Of a stretch of DNA of 64,000 bases, positions 10,700 to 21,619 are shown in pieces. A program made the translations under genes and the position numbers. Source of the DNA: Psammoneis japonica (Eukaryota); assembly GCA_008632985.1 (NCBI GenBank), contig QPGO01000007.1:806001-870000 (forward strand), in the 5' to 3' direction. How positions within the stretch are numbered: the first letter of the stretch is position 1; each line of letters begins with the position of its first letter. Below the pieces are notes generated by a model. The model was not told the DNA's origin and searched no databases. It saw nothing but the letters and a program-made list of their open reading frames with translations.

Positions 10700-13600
10700 T
10701 TTTCCATGGAGTCAGGGGATCATTTGGCTGAGAAGGGCAACAAATCGTGGGACAGTTGTCGGGTGATCACTCGGCTGAGAACAGGAACAGATCATGGGAC
10801 AATGACTCACATGTTCCACAACAAAACAACTTGGGTGCTGTTGGTGCATGTCACTCAACTCCACGTCAACAAACTGGTGTTCCTGGATCCATTGGGTGGT
10901 GGCAGGATTCTGCATCTCGTCAAGGGATGGATGGTTCAGCAAAGATTGAAACAACTCAGGATCATCCACAAAAAAGAACAAAAATGAGAAGGTTCTTCAC
11001 ATTGACAAGCAAAATGGCACACTGGCACATGCTTGTCAGTTTCTTCATCCTCTTCATGAGGTGACACAGCAATGTTGATTGCCTTGAAGTCTGTCAACTT
11101 GCCCTCATCAGGAGCACACTTCTCTTCCATGGAAGGATCCATGTGAGGCAATCAAGCAAAACAATCAGCCAACGCATTGTCCTTGTCTGTCAATGTGCTC
11201 AAATGCAGGTGCAAAGTCTTCTAAGAAGAGTTGCCACCTGAGCACACATGCATTGAGAATTGAGGGTGTGAAAGGTGAGATTCTCATGATCAGTGAAAAC
11301 AGTGCAGTTGCCTCCAAGGACTTCATCACGATGCAACCTTCGGATGGACGATTGCGTTCAATGGCAGACCCTTGGTGGATTGTGCTGGTCCGGTGTTTGG
11401 TCATTCGCCATCATCCCATTGGGCTGAGGCTTGCGGTTTTCTCTCCCTGACTCGGCCCATCCATTGTCTGATGGAGTTTTGCAAGATGTCAATGCATGAA
11501 GGTGTTGACAACTGGTGTGACAACAAGGCCTTGGTCCATGTCCTTTCCAGATTGTCTTCCAGCCGCCCATCCACCAACCCGTCACCACAAGAGCATTCCG
11601 ACAGAGACTTTTGTCTGCGACAACATGATGCCAATGTTCTTTCATCCAACTGGGATGTCATCAATGAAACACACTTGATGCTTGAAGCCATTCCTCAGGC
11701 TCCAAATCCTTCTTCCCCTGGGCAGGCACTGTCCACAGCTTGGGTGAAAGGACACCAGGACAGACAAGCTCCTGTGGAGACCCTCCCACTGAATGCACAA
11801 GTCAACGCACATGCAGATGGGTTGGCAGGAAGATGCCAAGGACAATGTGACGCAGACACAACGGCCGGAGGTGCTTCCCTTTCCCCATTGTCAATCACAC
11901 CTTTGCCTCGCCAATGGAACGGTCACTGCAGGAATGAATTCCATGGTCAGATGTGCCGCAATGGCTCCTGCTCTCTTGGCATGTGTTCAGGAAAGAAATG
12001 ATTGGGATGAATCTGTCACAGAAAAGATCGACTGGAAGGTCCATGCAACATTGGTGCGCAGGCACTCCAAGAAACATGTGTCCATGGTTAAACTCATCCA
12101 CGACCTCCTTCCAACAAACAAGATCACTCATTGGTGCAATCCTGTGCGGCCACATCATTGCCTCACATGCAAACACCCTGTGGAGGATTGTGACCACATT
12201 TTAAGATGCCCCGCCAACAAGGCCTGGCGTCACAAATTCCTGCAGGGCTCACAAAAACACTGCAACAAAATTGACACAATGCCACCTCTGCGCGATCCAC
12301 TGCTGACTTCCCTTGAGACATGGCTGAGAGGTGAGATGCAGCATGAATCAGACATTGCCCCAATGCTGCGAACGCTGTGGAAAGCCCAGTCAGAAACAGG
12401 ATGGCGACAAGTTTTTAACGGATGGCACTCCACCCTTTGGAATGTGTTTCAGGAGATGCATCTTTGTGAGACGGGTCTGTTGGAGAAACACAGGAAAGAG
12501 AATCGACCTCCTCCGGTGTGGGGAGTGCACATGGGAACCTGCACTTGGAAGTCCTGGTGGGAACTGTGGGAAGAACACAATCAGAAGGTTCATGGTCATG
12601 ACGCGGATTCAAGGAAATCATCTTTACAACATCAGGCAGAAGCCAAGCTCACAGCTGTTTACAACAAAAGACAGGATCATTTGGCCAAAGACAGAGAGGT
12701 GCTGCTGGATTCAGCAGATGACCACATGACCCAATCTACACTGCGGATTGTGAATTGGGTTGCTGTGGTTAAACCACGTCCAAAAGAAAGCCCAAAGAAG
12801 GCAGTGCGCGAGGCGCTTCGTGGCACTTGCTCCATTGCAAGCTATTTTGGATGGGTGTCATCTCATGGTGACGCCCCTTCCAGCTGATCCCAAGAAGCTT
12901 CTGCCGCACTTAACGGTGTGCTGGAAGTGTGGGTTGGCCGGCACCAGCTTAGCTGGCAAAGGAGTGACAGCACTTTAAACATGGATCTGTTTTTTTTTTG
13001 CCTCCAAGGAGCATTGTGCAAAACTCCATGAAGCACATCACCACCACAAGTGTTTTTTTTTTTATGGCAGAGTGATTCTGCTGCACTGAGCTGAGCTTCT
13101 GGGACCAGCGTGCACCTGGTTTTCCTTCTTGCATGATCACTGTGCCATCTGGCAGTCTGAGGAATCAGCGCAAATGTGGAGAGGCTTGTCATGATCAGGA
13201 CAGGTCCACAGAGCATCATCCAGCATGACAGTCTTCACATCCTTGAGTGCTTGTTGACATTGTGGTGTCCACTCCAATTTGCTCTTGCCTCAGAGCTTTG
13301 TAAGAGGAGAAAGTGCATGAGAATGGCGTGGCCACATGTTGCAACAATGGGTTGCTGTGCCAATGAAAGAGTGCAGTTGTGTTGTGTTCTGTGGATGCTG
13401 CATTCACAGCACCATGTCTGCTTTTTTCTTCTGCAGTTGGACTCCTGTTGGTGTGAGCCAATGGCCCAGAAAATTGGTCTCTTGGACACACCACTCGCAT
13501 TTGAGTGGATTGACTTTGAGACAATTCTCCTCCAGCTTGGATGACAGCCCATCAAGATGACACATGTGAGCATCAAACATCATCAAATTGGGCAATGTCA

Positions 13601-15300
13601 TTGACACAAGCCTCAACATTGAGACCATTTGCCACTTTCTCATTGATGGCTTGAGCAATGTCTGGCAAAGTTTTCAATCCCATCACAAGACAACAGTGGC
13701 AAATTTTCCAAAAAACAGAGTGACAACAGTGCATGGGTCCTTGGACTCTTCGTCAAGCTCAACATGACAATGACACAGCAAGATCCAACTTGGTCAAACA
13801 CTTGCATCCCGATCATTGATGAGTCACATCTTGAATGATTGGCAGAGGATAAATCTTGCATTGAGGACCTTGTCAAGCTCTCAAAAGTTGGGTGCCCATT
13901 GCATGTGTCCATCCTTTTTGGGTGCAACAAAGGCTCCAGCTGCCCACTGGGTTGAACCAACTGGCTCTGGCATGCCAATGTCACAAAGGTGTTGCAATTC
14001 CTTTTAGAGTGCTTCTTCATTGTTCTTTGACACTTCACAGGCTTTAGAATGGAAGGGAGTGGTGCTGGGATTAACTTCCAAGTGAACTGTTTCACATGGA
14101 TGTTTGCCAGTGGCACCATCAAAAAGAGTTTCATGCTTTTCAAGTGCAGCTTGCAGCTTGTTGTGCTGTCAGGGTGTCAAATGGGTTTGAACTTGAGCCA
14201 CCTTCTCAGTGGAGACCTTTTCACATTTGGCGTCCGGCACGCAGCTCTTGCCCAACAGCTCTTCTTCAAATTCATTGCCGCCATCCTCGTGGTCGTCCAG
14301 CACATCTCACCAACTCTGCACCACCATGCTCCAATGATTGGACTGCTTCATTGGGATCAACGCATCCAACCACTTGGTGACTCCAAATCAGAAATCAAGC
14401 ACCATTCCAGCCTTGGAAAGAAAATCTTGACCCAACATCATGTTGCACTTGTGCGCGTGGAATCAAACACTTGTGTGGCAATGCCATCCACCGTGTGTTG
14501 GGATGATTTGCACCATCCAGCTGTGGTCTCAAAACTCATCCATCCTTTGTCGTTCATTGTTGGATTTGCTCCCTCAGGCAAAACTCGAGAATGCACAAGG
14601 ATGTCAGCACCTCCAGAATCTAGAAGCACACACAACACTCGCTTGCTCTCTTGGTGGCTTTGAATTGCATGGGATGCCATCAACATTGCAGGCACCATGT
14701 TCAATGGTTTGGGAGTTGCAGTTTTTGAGGTTGGTGCAGCACACTGCAAAGCGCCACCCAACTCTTTGTCATTCACAGTGTGGGGTTCCATCAGGTCTCC
14801 CACACTCTCATCAACATCAAAACACAAACAATTTTCACAATCACACGAAACACAAAAAGATTGAGCAACATGCTCTGACTCAGGCACTTCCATCCCTTGT
14901 CAATTGTGTCAACTTCATTGGCCTTGTGAGTGACGACCACCTTGATCGCACCCATTTCCACCTCGTGTCTCACGAGGCCCTCCTTGGTCAAAATGGCAGG
15001 ACTCCATCATGTGCCAGCCACCACCAGGAGGAGCTGCTCCAGTGGGATTTTCACAGCCTTGGGATTCACCATTGGCTTGGGTGCCATTTTGATTTTGACA
15101 ATGACAAGCTCCACTTCCTTGGGGATTCTGGGGACCAGCACAGTTCCCGCAACCGCGGCCTCCACAGTTGCCTCTTGGCGAAATTTCCCAAACAGAGCGA
15201 TGATGGTGTGCCACACAGTTGAGTCAGGAGTTGAAACATCTTGAAGGCTGCTTCAGCTGAGTGGTGCTCGTGACTGTTTTCATCGTGGTAACACCAATGA
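10700..15300 (-). mobile_element. Degenerate Ty3/Gypsy element (gag end, protease, RT, RNase H, start of integrase), split by a LINE insertion
   Basis: Protease 'VLLDSGG' (~14620). RT 'LKVNPLKCEWCVQETNFLGHWLTP'. RNase H 'IMQEGKP..WSQKLSSVQQNHS..EFCTMLLGG' resumes left of the insertion as 'LGGNCTVFTDHENLTF..VLRWQLFLEDF'. Confidence 0.85.
11321..12997 (+). mobile_element. 5'-truncated non-LTR retrotransposon (RNase H and C-terminal Cys/His domain) with a 13-bp target-site duplication
   Basis: RNase H motif 'WVKGHQD..LNAQVNAHADGLA'. CCHC-like 'CLTCKHPVEDCDHILRC'. Trp-rich tail. Flanked by ttgcctccaagga at 11308-11320 and 12998-13010. Confidence 0.85.
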
Positions 15301-15844
15301 GTCTTTCTCCAGCTGTTAAAGTCATGCATGTGATTCACCCTTGAGCTCAGAGCGCAGCCGTGCTGTGGTTGAGTGCGTGATTGGCTCGCGCACGTGACGA
15401 ACCGCGCGCGCAATTTCTGTCCTTCATCAGCGTCTCACCGTTCTGGGGGGCGTCTTTGGAAGTGAGATCGACGAAGGCGGTCTGATCGCCAGTGCGTTTG
15501 GGGGTTTTCCCAGTACAATTTGTACGCACAAAAAAACACGTAGGATCTGTCCAGCGATCCCAAATACCCCAATCGCACTGATTGACAGACTGTTTTAGTA
15601 CAAATTCTACGTAACTTTCTTCGACAGTCTCACTTCCGAAGACGTCCCCCATAGTGCGCCGATTGCAAAGATTTTTGTCATTTTGTCTGTGAACACGCAT
15701 GCGTTTCCCTCATCGACGATGCTCTCTATCTAGGGCCTTAGCAGCATCTGGCTGCCGCACACANATTGTTATTGACATTTTTCCTCCCATTCTCTTTCGC
15801 ATCCTTGCCATTTGTTTGCAACTTTTTTGTGCTGGAAAAAAAAA

Positions 15845-16204
15845 ATGCACAGCCTCTGGCGACAATCATGCTTGAAATGTCAACGACGGTTGTGCGGACG
15901 ACAGTTTTCAACAAAAGCACGTCGACAACGTCGAGCGGTACAAACCCAAGTTAAGCAACATGCGCACGGAATTCCACCCGTGGATTACTCGGTACCACCA
16001 CCCATTTACAAATCACCCCCACCGCCACCGCCTAGACCGGGTGCAAGACGACTCGCCTTTCCACTGTCGCTCGCGTTGTTTGTTGGAACCGGTCTATACG
16101 TCTATGCAAACAATAAGAATGATTCTTATGAATACTGGAGAGCGATGCAATCGGGACAAATGGTTTTGCCGGATGATGAGGATGACTTCGATGATGAGGA
16201 ATGA
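15845..16204 (+). CDS. Small (119 aa) probable mitochondrial single-pass membrane protein
   Basis: ATG follows an A-run. Arg-rich, acid-free N-terminus (MHSLWRQSCLKCQRRLCGRQFSTKARR), Pro-rich linker, one hydrophobic helix (LAFPLSLALFVGTGLYVYA) and an acidic tail. Confidence 0.7.
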   Translation: MHSLWRQSCLKCQRRLCGRQFSTKARRQRRAVQTQVKQHAHGIPPVDYSVPPPIYKSPPPPPPRPGARRLAFPLSLALFVGTGLYVYANNKNDSYEYWRAMQSGQMVLPDDEDDFDDEE

Positions 16205-16447
16205 TTTTTCAGTTCGAAATCACCTTGGAACGCCGTAGCAAGCCATCAACGCTTGTACTTCTATTAGAATTGCAGGGTGGGAATTTTCTTAACAAAGTTC
16301 TTTAAATGGAATAAACAATAAACATACGAGCACACTTCTTTAACAACAGTGCAGCAGCAACGTATGTCATCTCACAATGAAAGTCTGCCGGATACTCGTG
16401 CCGTAGTCATAACCAGACCAAATTCAACAAAGCCTCAGTCCAAAGAT

Positions 16448-18814
16448 TCATTCATCTCGGGCCCCAGCTCGACGTACACCGAATAGAGCTGCTGCGCGCA
16501 ACTCCCCATGCGAATCGTCATCATCGCCTTCTGGTTGACCCAGTTCGTCGGCTCGACGACCTTGCTGGTCATTCGGCATGTGACCCGGGTCCCGCACGTC
16601 ACTTCGGCTCCTGACGAGCGGGGGTAGCTCCTCTTCCATCTCCTCGCGGCCAATCAGCGGTGGCATGTCGTCATCCGTCTCGTCATCATCGTCGCTTTCT
16701 TCATCATCATCATTGCCACGGTTGAGTATTGCCGCCCTGGCAACAATTCTCCCGGCACCTCTCCGAACTCCAAAAAATCCACGGAGCACGCCTTCGTCAT
16801 CCTCGCTACCATCGTCTTCATCCTCCTCTCCATCCACAGAGTCATCATCATCCTCGTCTTCATCATCATCTGGATCACGAAATGCAAAACGCCCATGTCC
16901 AGGAATCCCAGCTGCCAAGTACTGAAGGAAATGATCAATGGCACGCCCGACATTGATCTCTGCACCATCCAGTCCCAAATCTCCAAAGGGCGTCGCTCGG
17001 TTCAATCGTTGCGACTCGGCGCTGCCCAAACGAATACACGACGCTACATGCAACCGACCCGAGTCGGGAATTTCGTCAACGCTTTGCAGCCGCACATGAT
17101 AGAGGGGAATGAGTGAAGCGTCCGCCGTGCCGTCCTCGTGGACAATGCAATGCTGGACTTGCACCACACACGCGGTGGACCCAACGCGCAACGGAGTCGA
17201 CGTGGCATAGATAAAGGTAGGAACGTCGCCGTTTTCATTAGGAAGAATGTCATCACCAATGCGGGCAGACTCGGGAAAGAGTTCCAACACGTCGGCAATC
17301 ATTCGTCGGTAACGGGGTTCAAAAAAGTGAATTCCAAACTGTCGACCCAACCGAACATAGCCAGGCATGGTAAAGACAGGTTTTGTCGAGCAAAGGTAGT
17401 CCCGGTGGACTCGTTGAAAGAGATCCTTGTGGCTCTCTGCATTCACAGTCACAAAAGCTCGTTCCACCAGCTCTGCCGCACTTTCCTCCTCGTCATCGTC
17501 GTTGTCTTCTTCTTCGTGATTGCCCATGATGCTAAGCAATCCCTTTCTCCACAGAGACGGTTCGCGTGTCACAAGCCGCTCCAATCCAATCCGCCAATAA
17601 TAATTGGCCGAATCGACACAGAGCCGATGAAAGCGCTTGCAAACAACAGGCAAATCATCGGACAGAGTCGACTTGATTTGGGTGGGATTGTGTCGGGCGA
17701 CAGGCTTTTCAAAGGGAATCTCCGACACAAAGGACAAAATGTGCGTCACCAAATCGTCACTGAGTTCTTGGACTTGAGGAAACTCGGTAAATCCAAGTTG
17801 CCACCGAGCAAAACGACCAGATGGCGGAGCCACCAAGCCCGGCATGCTGTCATCATCATCCTCCGACGACGATGAATCATCCAAAGCCGTACGTCGTGGA
17901 CGCAAGGCAGGTATAGCGTCGTCATCCGAGTCGTCATAATCATCAAGGCCCGAAAAGCGTCGGAGGCGCGGCGGAGGCCCATAGCGAGGTCTCAGGCGTG
18001 GCATAGAGTCATCATCATCATCCAAGCTGTCTTCATCGCTATCCGACTCGTAGGGGCGCCTCACGCCGCGGCGCGCAGGGGCAGCAAAACGAGGTCTCAC
18101 GCTGGGCACAGTGTCATCATTGTCACTATCATAGAGCTCCAAACCATTGTTATTATTTGGAGCACGCACATGGAATAATTCGTTGTTACGGCGCAACAAC
18201 GGCGGCATTGAATCGTCGTCGTCGTCATTATCATCTTGACGTCGAACATCATTGTCATTGACTGCCCGATTCATAATCTCATCCATACGCCTCGAGGCAG
18301 CCTGCATGTGATCAACAGCCTCTTGAATGGAACGTCTGGCTTCTCGAACCGAGCGCTGAATGGCGTCTCGGGCCACCTCAAAATCAGGAGCAGCCTCCTC
18401 TGGCGGAGCATCTTCTTCTTCTTCTGGTGGAGCATCATCATGATCGTGATTCTCTACCCTTGATGGTGATTCCACCTGTTGAACTTGAGCAATGGCATCC
18501 AAGACAGACTGTCGTAGTGCACCTGGGCCCGTTAGAAATTCTCGGGCCGGAGGTTGCATAACGTCGCCGTTGTTGTTGGTATCTTCGTTGCGCTCTTCTT
18601 CTTCTTCTTGTGCAATCCTAAATGTCTCTACGAGAGGACTATTACTACGCCGAACGTCGTCATCGACTAAACGATGAGTATGAGCAATAGCTTGCTCGAC
18701 CGATCGCCTCAATTCGGTTTCACCCGTTAAGAATTCCTGAACCGGTGGAGGCACAACCGGAGAATTGTTGCTGCCTGCAGCAAGAGGCGACGATCGTTCT
18801 TGCGTGCCCACCAT
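16448..18814 (-). CDS. F-box-like + LON N-terminal (substrate-binding) domain protein with long acidic disordered regions, ~788 aa
   Basis: Intact ORF from ATG 18814. F-box-like 'ELSDDLVTHILSFV...VVCKRFHRLC'. LON-N signature 'PVFTM..GIHFFEPRYRRMIADVL'. Confidence 0.8.
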   Translation of the reverse strand: MVGTQERSSPLAAGSNNSPVVPPPVQEFLTGETELRRSVEQAIAHTHRLVDDDVRRSNSPLVETFRIAQEEEEERNEDTNNNGDVMQPPAREFLTGPGALRQSVLDAIAQVQQVESPSRVENHDHDDAPPEEEEDAPPEEAAPDFEVARDAIQRSVREARRSIQEAVDHMQAASRRMDEIMNRAVNDNDVRRQDDNDDDDDSMPPLLRRNNELFHVRAPNNNNGLELYDSDNDDTVPSVRPRFAAPARRGVRRPYESDSDEDSLDDDDDSMPRLRPRYGPPPRLRRFSGLDDYDDSDDDAIPALRPRRTALDDSSSSEDDDDSMPGLVAPPSGRFARWQLGFTEFPQVQELSDDLVTHILSFVSEIPFEKPVARHNPTQIKSTLSDDLPVVCKRFHRLCVDSANYYWRIGLERLVTREPSLWRKGLLSIMGNHEEEDNDDDEEESAAELVERAFVTVNAESHKDLFQRVHRDYLCSTKPVFTMPGYVRLGRQFGIHFFEPRYRRMIADVLELFPESARIGDDILPNENGDVPTFIYATSTPLRVGSTACVVQVQHCIVHEDGTADASLIPLYHVRLQSVDEIPDSGRLHVASCIRLGSAESQRLNRATPFGDLGLDGAEINVGRAIDHFLQYLAAGIPGHGRFAFRDPDDDEDEDDDDSVDGEEDEDDGSEDDEGVLRGFFGVRRGAGRIVARAAILNRGNDDDEESDDDDETDDDMPPLIGREEMEEELPPLVRSRSDVRDPGHMPNDQQGRRADELGQPEGDDDDSHGELRAAALFGVRRAGARDE

Positions 18815-19456
18815 GGCTTTTTCAATTGCAATCAACTGTCTCTCTGCTGTCAAAATGAAGAATCGGTAGGATGGATATGCTGAGGAGAGTTGTCTTACAT
18901 GACACAACACAACAGTATTTTTATTTGTTTCACCGTTGTTTTTGTTGCAAACTGTGCAAAAAATTGAATCGCTGCGTAGATTCAGTACTACATCCTACGT
19001 TTCGCTGTGTCAGCGGTTGGAATGTTACACAAATTTTGTACCAGAAAACATGCATGTGAAAATCAATAATAATGCTACATGCATAGATTTCACGTAGGTC
19101 AATACCGGAACGGAAAAATTTCGTGCGACTATGGTTGACAAGGACAATCTATTTGCGAGGCTGAAAGGCTCTATCAAATGGCATATTAGATAATGAAAGG
19201 CCTAAACCAATAGCATATTTTTAAAAAAGAAAATAATGGAGAATTCATAATTAGTATAAATGTATTAGAATGTCCTTTCAATTTGAGAATTATTTCGTTC
19301 CATCCGCCTCGAAAAAAGCCAACACACGCGGTCTTTGTCTCATTGCTCTTGCTGGGGAAGCGGCGGTGGCGGCGCTGTTGTAGTAGTTGTATCGCCGCTA
19401 GTATTGCATTGTTTTTGTGTATTTCTTACAAGCGTTTGCAGAAGAAGAATTAAAAA

Positions 19457-20064
19457 ATGTCATCCAACAACGGGGGTCTTCCGCGTCGAATTCTCAAGGT
19501 AAAAGTTCAAGCAGTGTTGTTGTTACTCGCGCATAGATGGAGTTTTCACTCACTCTTCCCACTCTATGTACATTATGGCTGCGCCTCTTAACTCGTTTGC
19601 TTTTTTCTCGTTTTCATTTTTCATAGGAAACGCAACGTTTGATTGCAGAACCTGTCGTTGGCATTAGTGCCACTCCATACGCGGACAATTTACGCTACTT
19701 TGCCGTGGCCATTGAAGGCCCCACCGATTCTCCCTACGAGGGCGGTGTCTTTCAATTGGAATTATTTTTGCCCGCCGATTATCCCATGGCACCACCCAAA
19801 GTCCGGTTTTTAACCAAAATTTATCACCCCAACGTGGACAAGTTGGGACGAATCTGTTTGGATATTCTCAAGGACAAGTGGAGTCCGGCGTTGCAGATTC
19901 GAACCGTGTTGCTGTCGATTCAAGCCCTGCTGAGTGCGCCCAATCCCGATGATCCGCTGGACAATACCGTGGCGGAGGTTTGGAAAAACAATGAAGCCGA
20001 AGCACTCAAGCGTGCAAGAGAATTTACGCAAAGCTTTGCCATGAAGAATGAAGTCAAGAAATAA
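19457..20064 (+). CDS. UBC13: Ubiquitin-conjugating enzyme E2 N (Ubc13); exons 19457-19498 and 19627-20064
   Basis: 'LPRRILK|ETQRL' across a GT-AG intron. Catalytic '[37 protein letters not shown]'. Confidence 0.96.
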
Positions 20065-20140
20065 AAAAAGAAAAATGTGGAATCTACATATACATTGAAA
20101 ACTGTTGTAGCCAGCTTGATGATGATGATTCTACTCTAAA

Positions 20141-21560
20141 CTATGCGTATTCTACACTCGACTGACCAGAGACGGAGCGTCTCGTAGCAATTGATAGAGC
20201 ACGGTTGGGTTGTCTGAGCGTTTGCCCAATTTGGACAGTAGCTTGCGTCACGGCACAGGGAGGCAAATGTTGATCCATGACGGCTGCTGGATGAGCTTGC
20301 AAGAGTGTCTCGAGTCCTTCGTTCCACTTGCGCTTGGCACAAACAAAGGACGCCAGTGGCAACAGACCAGCGTCGTTGGTTGTCTTTGGTCCTGCTGGAA
20401 AAGCTTGAATGAGTTTCTCGAGTAACGACGTAAAAGCCTCGCGTTCACGTGGTTTGGGTGTCATGGTGGCTGCAAGGTGGAGAGGAAGGTTACCCTTTTC
20501 GTCCTTGCACAGAGCTTGTTCTGGAAAAGCCCGGAGAAACGCACGTACCAACTCGACAGGGCATTTCTCAAGGAGAATGGACTTGCGCAATAACACAGAG
20601 TCGGAATTGCAGCGGCGGCCCATGGCGAGCATCTTGGCAACATTCAGGTTCAGGTAACACTCGGATGCCACAGGCCCTCGTCGCTTGCAATCAGCCGAGC
20701 GGTGTCNTGTTGCTCTTGTCTTTCGGCAGCTACAAGCGTCTCAAAAATTTTCAGAGAGGCAAACCAAAAGACAGCGCTGGAAAGGGGTGTTTGGCCGTTT
20801 TTATCCCGGGATTCCAAGAGACAGCTGCGGGTGTCACATTCAGCAAGAGCTTCAGTCGCTCATTTGCATCATCGTGTCTGGAAGTCAAGTGGAGTGGTGT
20901 ACACCCATTGCTGTCTTGTGCTTGTACTGTGAACAGGCTTGTTTCCAGCAGAATCTTCAAAACCGCCAATGTGAATGACAAATCCTTTTGTGGGAAAACG
21001 CAACTTCGACTGCTCGATGAAGCGGAGTCGAAAGTCTTCTGAGCCACTTGCTTTGTGGCATTCCATCCAAGCTCTTGTCAAAAGTTGCAGCATGTCAGCT
21101 AGATCTGCACTGAGCACATCATCTGGCTGTTTGTCATCCTCTCCTTCACGTTCCAAAAAGTGCCGAAAAAAGCCATGCAATCCATGGGTGTCCGGCGCCC
21201 GCCACGGTCCACCACCATGTGGATTCAAGTGAATGTCCAGCAAATCAGAAATCACCTCAAGATTCTGTTTGAACAAAATGGCATGGTGAAGAGGCATCAG
21301 ACCCCACCCGTTGGTCACATGCTGTCATTGCTGCACTAAGCCGGCACTGCGTCTGATTCTAAAAAGGCACAGGATGTTGTTGCCCTGCAAAAGTGAAAAC
21401 AAGGAGTTGTCTGGCTTGTCAGCAGGGGTTTTAAACCCATCACTCTGCTCTCAGGCAACCCAAAGTGTTGCCAGCTGGGGGTTTGGACATGCTGGCACAA
21501 CTCTGTGGACCGGGTGGAAGCTTGGCACACAACTGTGAATGGGACATCACAGCCCAGTGG
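20141..21560 (-). pseudogene. Ankyrin-like repeat gene (diatom 'LPLH' family), frameshifted, 5' part hypermutated
   Basis: Motifs 'DEKGNLPLHLAA', 'DSNGCTPLHL', 'NGWGLMPLHHA', 'DAGLLPL' spread over several frames. One N at 20707. TpA nearly absent beyond ~21040. Confidence 0.7.
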
Positions 21561-21619
21561 CTTCTGATTTGCAAGACAGTTCAAGACTTCAAGTCCAGTT
21601 TCAAGTCATTTTAAGCAGC

